Positions 1 through 7,208 of a stretch of 29,800 nt of DNA are shown here, piece after piece. The position numbers and the translations under genes were made by a program. This DNA is from Opitutus sp. GAS368 (GTDB taxonomy: Bacteria > Verrucomicrobiota > Verrucomicrobiia > Opitutales > Opitutaceae): assembly GCA_945861645.1 (NCBI GenBank), contig CAMAVZ010000024.1, positions 1-29,800 of the forward strand, given 5' to 3'. Under the pieces are notes generated by a model, which was not told the origin of the DNA, searched no databases, and worked only from the letters and a program-made list of their open reading frames with translations. How positions within the stretch are numbered: the first letter of the stretch is position 1; every line of letters begins with the position of its first letter.

Positions 1-1208
1 AGCTTCGCGAATTTAGGTGAGCCGGCGACATTGGTGCGCTCACCAATCATGATAAAATTATTCGGCGCGGGGGTGAACGGCAACGAACCCGACAAGGCGA
101 ACTGGGGGGCGAGAATATTAACGCGCCGGGCGGGTTGGGGCGCCAGCGATTGTGCAATCGCCGCAATATGTTCGGGCGTGTTGCCGCAGCAGCCACCGGC
201 GATGTTGAGCAGTCCACTCGCGGCAAATTCACCAAGTTGGCGCGCCATGTCGGCTGGGCCGAGATCGAAGCCGGTCGCGGCGAGTGGATTCGGCATGCCT
301 GCATTGGGGTAACACGAGATGAAGGTGTCCGACTTGGTGCCCAGTTCCTCGAGGAAGGGTCGCATCAGATCAGGTCCAAGCGAGCAATTGAGGCCGACCG
401 CGAGTGGTTGGACGTGGCGAACCGCGTGCCAGAAAGCTTCGACGGTTTGAGCAGAGATCATCGTCTCCCCCCCGCGGCCTACGGCCGCGGAGATCATCAG
501 CGGTAGACGAAGGTGATCTTCGGCGAACACCTCTTCGATGGCCACGAGGGCGGCCTTCGCGTTCAGCGCATCGAAGATCGTTTCAACGAGGAGGAGATCG
601 ACGCCCCCCGCGATCAGGGCGCGAACTTGGCGGCGGTAATCAGCTTTGACTTGATCAAAGGTAACGACCCGAAAACTGGCGTCATCCGCATCCGGCGAAA
701 CCGACAGAGATACGGTTAAGGGGCCAACCGCTCCCGCGACATAGCGGCGTCGGCCGGTGGCATTGGCGACCCGATCAGCCCAAGTGCGGGCGAGACGCGC
801 CGAGGTGAAATTAATATCGCGGGCTAATTCAGTCAGGAAATTATTTTCGAGCACCGCGGCATAAAACGCTGGGTCTTTGCGGCCGCCTTTTTCCCGGGGA
901 TCCTCAATAAAGAATTCGCTCTGGCCGATGCTCGTCGCGGAAAAGGTGTTGGTCTCGATGATATCGGCGCCTGCCTCAAGAAAACGGCGGTGGATGTCAC
1001 CAATTTCCGTCGGCTGCGTGAGCGAGTAGATATCACCGTTATTCTGCAAATCCTTGGGCGCATCCTTGAACCGCGCTCCGCGGGCATCTTGTTCGTTCAG
1101 CTGATAACTGCGGATGGTCGTGCCCATGGCCCCATCCATAATCGCAATGCGCTCAGCGAGTAGCTGGCGCAGGGCGGTTTCGGCGGCGGTGGGCGGAAGG
1201 GATTTCAC
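1..1208 (-). CDS. metH: Cobalamin-dependent methionine synthase, N-terminal part (runs off the window edge; absent from the ORF track)
   Basis: Manual minus-strand translation from GTG at 1208: MKSLPPTAAETALRQLLAERIAIMDGAMGTTI...AGADIIETNTF...VDLLLVETIFDALNAKAA...GLNCSLGP...YPNAGMPN...GGCCGNTPEHI...MIGERTNVAGSPKF. These are the homocysteine-binding domain motifs (DGAMGT, GLNC, GGCCG) and the start of the pterin domain (IGERTNV). Confidence 0.96.
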   Translation of the reverse strand, partial: MKSLPPTAAETALRQLLAERIAIMDGAMGTTIRSYQLNEQDARGARFKDAPKDLQNNGDIYSLTQPTEIGDIHRRFLEAGADIIETNTFSATSIGQSEFFIEDPREKGGRKDPAFYAAVLENNFLTELARDINFTSARLARTWADRVANATGRRRYVAGAVGPLTVSLSVSPDADDASFRVVTFDQVKADYRRQVRALIAGGVDLLLVETIFDALNAKAALVAIEEVFAEDHLRLPLMISAAVGRGGETMISAQTVEAFWHAVRHVQPLAVGLNCSLGPDLMRPFLEELGTKSDTFISCYPNAGMPNPLAATGFDLGPADMARQLGEFAASGLLNIAGGCCGNTPEHIAAIAQSLAPQPARRVNILAPQFALSGSLPFTPAPNNFIMIGERTNVAGSPKFAK

Positions 1209-1224
1209 AAATTAACGTATCTTT

Positions 1225-1244
1225 ACATCAAGATGCGATGATAT
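1225..1244. promoter_or_regulatory. Imperfect palindrome upstream of metH, candidate repressor operator
   Basis: ACATCAAGATGCGATGATAT (ATCA-N8-TGAT core) lies between a TTGCTT -35-like hexamer (1254-1249) and the metH start codon. Confidence 0.4.
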
Positions 1245-1369
1245 GAAAAAGCAAGCTAGTGATTACGAACTCCGGCGAGGTGTTCTCGGGTTCGATCGAA
1301 GGGGAAAAAGCAGAGTAAAACACAAAAACCGCGCAGCCTTTAAGGTTGCGTCGTTGGGGCGTTGGGCCC

Positions 1370-1619
1370 GTGCTGGGAGACGTCAGTCGTTCTTTATTTT
1401 AAAAAAGCTGAAGCAACAGGGAAGACCGTGAAAATCGGTCACAGTTGCGCTGCGGTAACGTATCACAAACCCCCATCCGGCCTCAGTGGCTGGAGCAAAG
1501 CCAATCGGGCAACCGGTGAAGGCGAGGGGCGAGGATGCGCACTTGGTCTACTTAGGATATCATAACTTGGCGGGCGGGGTGCGTAAGAAATGCGGAGTCC
1601 GAACATCTGCCTTCAGCAC
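1370..1619 (+). ncRNA. Cobalamin (AdoCbl) riboswitch
   Basis: Core AACAGGGAA-GACCGTGAAAATCGGTC-ACAGTTGCGCTGCGGTAA (about 1415-1458), GCCAATCGGGCAACCGGTGAAGGC (about 1500-1523), B12-box-like GAGTCCGAACATCTGCC (about 1595-1611), and closing stem GTGCTGGG/CTTCAGCAC. It lies directly upstream of a BtuB-like receptor. Confidence 0.85.
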
Positions 1620-1780
1620 TCACCGCGCTGGCGCGCTTCGCGCGCTGGCGACAAACCTTCAACGCTTATTGAAGGGTGGGGGTGGATCATCACGAGCCGA
1701 GTTAAGGTTTAATTTGCGATCACGCGGTTAGCCTTAACTCACCTTCGGGTCGATCTGCTCTTGCCTTCGCAGCAGCAGAT

Positions 1781-3640
1781 ATGAACCCAATCCACTCGGG
1801 GCCGGCGTGGCGCCACTTCTCCTTAGTTGGCCTATTACTCACGGGCATCATCGGGGCCCAAATTACCGCTCCGGAAGTTTTGCCCGTCTATGTTTTGACG
1901 GCGACTCGAACCCCATCGGCGCTAACGACCATCGGCAGTTATGTCGACACGCTGAGCGCGACTGAGCTAGCGCGGATGCAACGCACCAGCTTATCGTCAG
2001 CGCTCAGTGGCATCGCGGGAGCTCCCATTTTCGCCTCGGGTGCCGGCGGGGGCGTGACTTCGCTTTTTCTGCGCGGAGCTAATTCCAACCAGACGCTTTT
2101 CCTGGTTGATGGCATCCGCTTCAACGACCCCAACACTGATTACGCCGTCGCGCTCGGGGGCATGAGCATGGGAGCGGGCGATAGCCTCGAGGTCGTGCAC
2201 GGCCCGCAAAGTACCTTATACGGCGGCGAAGCGGTGGGGGGCGTGCTGGCCTTGCGCGCGGTGCGCGGGGCGGGGATAGCGACGCGGCGAGTCTCGTTTG
2301 AGGCTGGGGCTTTTGGGACGGCGCAAGCGGCCGTGCAGGCCCAAGGCGGGGATCAGGCGTCAGCATATAATTTTTCGGCGCTGAGTGGTCGCACGCAAAA
2401 TAGTCGGCCCAATAATGATTTTAACAGTACCACCTACGTTCTGCGTCTTGACCGACAGCTTAACCGTCAGCTAGCGGTCGGCGCGACCGTGCGGGGTTTT
2501 TTGAGCCACTATGGTTCACCCGGTGACCGCTACACTAACGATCCTGATAACGAAGATCGCGAGAATCAGCAGCTGGCGACGGTGTTTGTGGAATATGCCC
2601 CGACCCCGATGCTGACCAGTAAAGCGGTGCTCGGCGGCCAAGACCGGCGCTTCGTGGCCAGCGAGCGTGGACCCAGCAGTCTCACGGAGACCTTAGTAAA
2701 AAATCGTCGGCTCGTGCTCGATTGGCAAAACACGCTGCAGGCCGGCGAGGCGCATCGCCTGACGGCGGGCTTAACCGCCGAGAGCAATCATACGCGGAAC
2801 ACAGGTTTCGGTAATATAAATCAGCGGCAGCAACTCATGGCGCTATTCGTGCAAGATGAGTGGACTCCCGCGGAGCATTTTTATCTGACGGCGGGAGTCC
2901 GGAGTGACGATCATGATGCGTTCGGGCGGGCGACAACGGGGCGGGCTACGTTGGCGTGGCTCGCGCCCGAGGCGCGCTGGAAACTGCGGGCGACTTATGG
3001 CACCGCTTTTCGGGCCCCAAGTTTTCTCGATCTGTTTGGGCGAAGCTCGTTCTACGTCGGTAACCCGCGGTTGCGGCCGGAGGAAGCTCGTGGGTGGGAC
3101 GCGGGAGCTGATTATTTTCTGCCGCATAATCGCGGCGTGTTGAGTGCCACTTGGTTTGATACCCAATTTACTAATCTGATTAATTATGATTTCGCCGTCT
3201 TTCCCGGCACGGTGCGAAATGTGGGCCGCGCGCGGACCCGCGGCGGAGAATTATCCGGAAAATTCGCACAACCGGGGGTGGCGGAAGTGCGGTTGGTGTA
3301 CACGTATCTCGAGGCCGATGATCTCGGGCAGGGCACGCGCTTGCTGCGCCGGCCGCGGCACAGCGGCGCGATCGACCTCTGGCATGATTTTGGTCACGGG
3401 TTCACGGCGGGCACGGGTCTAACCTGGCAGGCGCAACGTGAAGATGTTGATGCGGCCACCTATGCGACGATTCACGCGGAAGATTACACGGTCGCGAGAA
3501 TTTATGCCGCGTGGCAGGCCGCGACTCGGGTGACGCTCAAGGTGCGGCTGGAAAATATTTTCAATGAAAAGTATGAAGAGGTGAACGGTTATCCGCAGCT
3601 GGGGTTCGGGCTCTTTGCGGGCGTGGAGTTGAAATTCTAA
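1781..3640 (+). CDS. btuB: TonB-dependent outer-membrane receptor, BtuB-like (probable cobalamin uptake)
   Basis: Signal peptide, TonB box (LPVYVLTATR), plug motifs LFLRGANSNQTLFLVDG and GPQSTLYGGEAVGGV, FRAPS and NPRLRPE motifs, C-terminal Phe. Preceded by a B12 riboswitch. Confidence 0.85.
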   Translation: MNPIHSGPAWRHFSLVGLLLTGIIGAQITAPEVLPVYVLTATRTPSALTTIGSYVDTLSATELARMQRTSLSSALSGIAGAPIFASGAGGGVTSLFLRGANSNQTLFLVDGIRFNDPNTDYAVALGGMSMGAGDSLEVVHGPQSTLYGGEAVGGVLALRAVRGAGIATRRVSFEAGAFGTAQAAVQAQGGDQASAYNFSALSGRTQNSRPNNDFNSTTYVLRLDRQLNRQLAVGATVRGFLSHYGSPGDRYTNDPDNEDRENQQLATVFVEYAPTPMLTSKAVLGGQDRRFVASERGPSSLTETLVKNRRLVLDWQNTLQAGEAHRLTAGLTAESNHTRNTGFGNINQRQQLMALFVQDEWTPAEHFYLTAGVRSDDHDAFGRATTGRATLAWLAPEARWKLRATYGTAFRAPSFLDLFGRSSFYVGNPRLRPEEARGWDAGADYFLPHNRGVLSATWFDTQFTNLINYDFAVFPGTVRNVGRARTRGGELSGKFAQPGVAEVRLVYTYLEADDLGQGTRLLRRPRHSGAIDLWHDFGHGFTAGTGLTWQAQREDVDAATYATIHAEDYTVARIYAAWQAATRVTLKVRLENIFNEKYEEVNGYPQLGFGLFAGVELKF

Positions 3641-3728
3641 GCCATTGACGGGCCGCGATTGGCATCCAGCCGCCAGCACTCCACGCTTGCGGCTTTTTTA
3701 CGGAGGCAGAAACTGCCTCATCCCCATC

Positions 3729-5516
3729 ATGAAGTTATTTATCCGTTTAGTGGTTCTGGCCCTGTGCGCTGGCAGTACGTGGTTACCGGCGGCGGACTTG
3801 CGGTACGGTCAGCCGAAACAAGCCCAGCGGCCCACCGCGCTTTACGTCCCCGACCTCAATTCCCTCGTGCCGCCGGCGGCTAGCGAACTGCGTGAATTAG
3901 TGGAGCGTTTCAAAACTGATCGAGAATCCCTGCTCCGAGTTTATTCCGTGCCAAATTCTACCCTGCAGTTGCGGCGGTTGCGGGAATTTTATCAGAGCTG
4001 GCAGGAGCAGCTAGACGCAATGCCGTACGCCGCCTTGGGCACGGAGGGGCGCATTGATTGGCAGCTCATGCGGCTCCAGCTCCGCTATGAACTTGGGCTG
4101 ATCGCGCGCACTGAGAAACGGCATACGGAGATGGCTTCCTTTATGGGCTTCGCCGATGAAATTGCGGCGTTGCAGGAAACGCGGCGAGAATTTGAGCACG
4201 TGGCGGCCGCGTCAGCGGCCGCCACCCTCGAGAAGATCCGCCAAGCGATCGAGGATGCTCAGCGTAAATTAGCGGGGGAGGTTTCGCCGCCGAATAAAAT
4301 TTTAGCTTATCGCGCCGCGAGCCGGTTGAGCGATTTAAGCAAGACGCTGAAAGATTGGTATGAATTCTATGAGGGCTATGACCCGCAGTTTAGCTGGTGG
4401 AATCGCGAGCCTTACAAGAAAACGGCCGCCGCCCTCGATGATTACGCTAAATTTTTGCGCGAAAAAATTGTTGGCGCCAAGGCGGGTGAAGATGAACCAA
4501 TTATCGGTGATCCAATTGGCGCCGAAGGCTTGGCCTTAGATTTGGAGCATGAGATGATGCCGTACACGCCAGCCGAGTTGATTGCCGTGGCCGAAAAAGA
4601 ATTCGCGTGGTGTGAAGCTGAATGGAAAAAAGTCGCGCGTGACATGGGGCTCGGGGACGACTGGCAAGCTGCGCTGGAAAAAGTGAAACACGATTCTGTC
4701 GCACCCGGCGATCAACCGGCGCTGATCGCCGGCATGGCCTACGAGGCGACCGATTTTATTCTCAAGCGCGATCTGATCACGGTGCCGCCTCTGGCGATTG
4801 ATGATTGGACGATGACCATGATGTCGCCCGAGCGGCAAAAAACTAATCCGTTCTTTTTAGGGGGAGATCGTATTATCGTCTCTTTCCCCACGGACACGAT
4901 GGATCAGGCGGAGAAATTGAATAGTCTGCGGGCAAACAATACGCATTTTTGCCACGCGACCGTTTTTCACGAACTCATTCCCGGCCATCATCTCCAAGGC
5001 TGGTATGCCGACCGCTTTAATCAGCACCGCGATTTGTATTATACCCCCTTTTATGTCGAGGGGTGGGCCCTGTGGTGGGAATTTCACCTGTGGGATCTCG
5101 GCTTTCACCAAACCCCGGAAGATCGGGCGGGAGCGCTTTTTTGGCGGACGCATCGCTGCGCGCGGATTATTTTTTCCCTCAACTTTCATCTGGGGCGGTG
5201 GACGCCGCAGCAATGCATCGATTTTCTCGTAACGAAAGTCGGCCACGATCGCCACACGGCCACGGGTGAAGTGCGCCGGTCTTTCAATGGCGATTATTCA
5301 CCGCTCTACCAAGTTGGGTATATGATGGGGGCGATTCAATTGCGGACGCTTTATGCGGATCTGGTTAAAACCGGCAAGCTGACGGAGAAAAATTTTCACG
5401 ATAATATTCTGAAGGGCGGCATTATGCCCATCGAGATGGTCCGGGCGCATATTACCGGCACGGCTTTGCCTCGTGATTATCGCTCGTCATGGAAATTCGC
5501 CGGCGAACAGCCGTAA
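3729..5516 (+). CDS. DUF885 family exported protein (metallopeptidase-like)
   Basis: ATG at 3729 gives a signal peptide (MKLFIRLVVLALCAG). Contains the HELIPGHHLQ and FYVEGWALWWE motifs typical of DUF885. Confidence 0.85.
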   Translation: MKLFIRLVVLALCAGSTWLPAADLRYGQPKQAQRPTALYVPDLNSLVPPAASELRELVERFKTDRESLLRVYSVPNSTLQLRRLREFYQSWQEQLDAMPYAALGTEGRIDWQLMRLQLRYELGLIARTEKRHTEMASFMGFADEIAALQETRREFEHVAAASAAATLEKIRQAIEDAQRKLAGEVSPPNKILAYRAASRLSDLSKTLKDWYEFYEGYDPQFSWWNREPYKKTAAALDDYAKFLREKIVGAKAGEDEPIIGDPIGAEGLALDLEHEMMPYTPAELIAVAEKEFAWCEAEWKKVARDMGLGDDWQAALEKVKHDSVAPGDQPALIAGMAYEATDFILKRDLITVPPLAIDDWTMTMMSPERQKTNPFFLGGDRIIVSFPTDTMDQAEKLNSLRANNTHFCHATVFHELIPGHHLQGWYADRFNQHRDLYYTPFYVEGWALWWEFHLWDLGFHQTPEDRAGALFWRTHRCARIIFSLNFHLGRWTPQQCIDFLVTKVGHDRHTATGEVRRSFNGDYSPLYQVGYMMGAIQLRTLYADLVKTGKLTEKNFHDNILKGGIMPIEMVRAHITGTALPRDYRSSWKFAGEQP

Positions 5517-5539
5517 TTCGGTCGCTGCTCGTTGGTAAT

Positions 5540-5575
5540 ATAATAGATTACAAACGAGCGCCCGGGCGGGAGTGG
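5540..5575 (+). repeat. 36-bp direct repeat, copy 1 (overlaps the 5527-5559 palindrome)
   Basis: ATAATAGATTACAAACGAGCGCCCGGGCGGGAGTGG, 30/36 identical without gaps to 6438-6473. Confidence 0.85.
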
Positions 5576-5600
5576 CGTTCTGTCTGCCGATGCTTTTTGG

Positions 5601-6029
5601 TTAGGCTTGCACCGGTTTGAGACCAAGCGCCGGTGCGGCCAGCGCCTGATGCCTGTCGTAGGTGAATATCTCAGGAAAGTTATTGTGCATGCCCGTGACC
5701 AAGTGGAGGCAATCCGATGCGCGGAGGAACACCGTGTCGGGAAGCGTGGCATAGATTTTGGCGGCGGCCTCCATAATCACTGCATCCAACGGCATCCAAA
5801 TCCAGAATCCGCTGATATCATCGGTATTAAATTGACGGACGGCGGCCACGAATTTCTCGCGCGACCACAATTTCTCCCGCAACTGCCGGTGAAAAACGCC
5901 CATCAATTCAACGCGCACCAAGTCTGACACGAAGCGCTGGTCGGCGGTTTCGAGCAACGCGCGCACAGCTTTCGACTCGGCTTCAACCACATAAAGCTTG
6001 GCGACCATCGAGGTGTCACAAAAAATCAT
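5601..6029 (-). CDS. vapC: PIN-domain toxin, VapC family
   Basis: 142 aa. N-terminal IFCDTSMVAKLYVVE, a central RVEL, and LRASDCLHL...IFTYDRHQ give the PIN acidic residues. Begins 3 bp after a small antitoxin-like gene. Confidence 0.92.
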   Translation of the reverse strand: MIFCDTSMVAKLYVVEAESKAVRALLETADQRFVSDLVRVELMGVFHRQLREKLWSREKFVAAVRQFNTDDISGFWIWMPLDAVIMEAAAKIYATLPDTVFLRASDCLHLVTGMHNNFPEIFTYDRHQALAAPALGLKPVQA

Positions 6030-6032
6030 AGC

Positions 6033-6287
6033 TCAGCGGTCGCCGCGGATTTCATTCAACGCGGCTTGGATGGTGTCGCCGGGGGCCTCCGCCATCATCG
6101 CTTCATATTCTGGTAGCACGGCGCGCTTACGGTTTACCGCGCGCAGCAGCGATCGATTGACGAGCACGGCCACTTCCTGCCCACGATCGGTGATGGGGAT
6201 TGGGCGCTTCAAGGCACCCGCGCGTCGAACCAAGGCCCCCGTGTCATCGTGGAGTTGCTTGATGGTAAAAACAGTGGGGGCAGGCAT
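6033..6287 (-). CDS. Antitoxin, Phd/YefM-like
   Basis: 84 aa. TIKQLHDDTGALVRRA...PIPITDRGQEVAVL matches the Phd/YefM pattern. Directly upstream of the PIN toxin. Confidence 0.85.
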   Translation of the reverse strand: MPAPTVFTIKQLHDDTGALVRRAGALKRPIPITDRGQEVAVLVNRSLLRAVNRKRAVLPEYEAMMAEAPGDTIQAALNEIRGDR

Positions 6288-6291
6288 AAAT

Positions 6292-6321
6292 GGAGTAGGG
6301 TAAATTTGGTAAAAATGTCAA
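6292..6321 (-). promoter_or_regulatory. Probable sigma70-type promoter of the toxin-antitoxin operon, with tandem TTTACC repeats
   Basis: Minus strand reads TTGACA-TTTTTACCAAATTTACCC-TACTCC-ATTT-ATG: perfect -35, weak -10 at an 18-nt spacer, and two TTTACC repeats in the spacer. Confidence 0.55.
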
Positions 6322-6437
6322 GAGTCACAGAGACACAAAATGGCCAGCGCTCCTGAGTCGATTAGGTTTATTTCGTGACCGCTCATGGGCAATACTATAA
6401 CGTAAATACTTTCAATAAAGTTAGATGCAAATTTGTG

Positions 6438-6473
6438 ATAATAGATTATCAACGGATGCTCGGGCGGGAGTGG
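6438..6473 (+). repeat. 36-bp direct repeat, copy 2 (contains the stop codon of the 6449-7204 gene)
   Basis: ATAATAGATTATCAACGGATGCTCGGGCGGGAGTGG, 30/36 identical to 5540-5575. Confidence 0.85.
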
Positions 6474-7204
6474 GCTTGGTGGATGAGGTGCTCGCGGAGA
6501 GTGGGGGCGGGGAGGTGAGGGGGCCAACCGTAGGCGGCGTTGGCGGCGGCTGCGAGTTGCTCTAGATCGTCGCCGCGGGCGGCGCGAGCGAGGGTGAGGC
6601 GGTGTTCTTCTTGAGGTCGAGTCAGAGAACTCAGAAGCGTACGGGGCGGCCAGGGAAACGGGAAAGAGGCGACACGGTCGACGGGCGCTAAACTGGCCAA
6701 GTGCTGCCACCAGATTTGAAATAGCGGCGAACTCAGCAACCCATGGGTGAAATCATCGTCGCGGGCCACGACGAGAAAATTGGCATCGGGGAGCACCGCG
6801 CTGTCGATCCAAGCCCACCCGAGTTCAGGCGATGCGAGGGGCGTAACGAGGAAGCGCTCAAGCCGAGCGAGTGCGGTGCGGAGTTCGATTTTAGCGTGAG
6901 GGTTGCGCCACCATTCACCGGTGGTTGCTGGTTGGGCTGACTTTAAGTGCCGGCTAGGTGCCGCGTAGAGACTGGCTTCAGCCTCGGTGCCATGGAGGGG
7001 AAAATCTAGCTGCCAGTGTTCGCTGGGGTGACCTGATTTTAAGCTGAGGCCGCGTTGGATGACATCGCTATTTAAACGACCCGTGGGATTGCTTGCCGCG
7101 GCTAATTGTTCCGCTTGTTTCGCCGTAAGGCAGGCTGGCGGCCAAATCGACTCGCCGATAAAAGCGAGGCCCGCATTTTCTGGGCGCAGGGGGGGCGGGG
7201 TCAC
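6449..7204 (-). CDS. Stand-alone, degenerate target-recognition/C-terminal region of an MmeI-like (type IIL/IIG) restriction-modification enzyme
   Basis: Motif series NPTGRLNSDVI, WQLDF...EAEASLYAAP, WWR...LRTALARLERFLVTP, W.DSAVLPD...VVARDDDFTHGLLSS...W, FPFPWPP and AAAANAAYGWP resembles the C-terminal third of MmeI-like enzymes. No methyltransferase (NPPF/Y) or nuclease motifs are present. Confidence 0.7.
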   Translation of the reverse strand: MTPPPLRPENAGLAFIGESIWPPACLTAKQAEQLAAASNPTGRLNSDVIQRGLSLKSGHPSEHWQLDFPLHGTEAEASLYAAPSRHLKSAQPATTGEWWRNPHAKIELRTALARLERFLVTPLASPELGWAWIDSAVLPDANFLVVARDDDFTHGLLSSPLFQIWWQHLASLAPVDRVASFPFPWPPRTLLSSLTRPQEEHRLTLARAARGDDLEQLAAAANAAYGWPPHLPAPTLREHLIHQAHSRPSIR

Positions 7205-7208
7205 GGGG

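Noticed and set aside
31-1731. Short ORFs listed in the track across 31-1731
   Set aside because: They are antisense or off-frame shadows of metH, or overlap the cobalamin riboswitch, and carry no recognisable motifs.
5548-5606. Integron attC site after vapC (the stop codon lies in GCCTAAC, an RYYYAAC box, with a GTT downstream)
   Set aside because: The would-be L boxes are not complementary at the required spacing, the R' box (GTTTGTA) fits poorly, and there is no integrase or cassette array.
6428-6456. XerCD dif-like site (TGATAA-TAGA-TTATCA)
   Set aside because: The spacer between TAA and TTA is 4 bp rather than 6, and there is no TTATGTTAAAT-like XerD arm.
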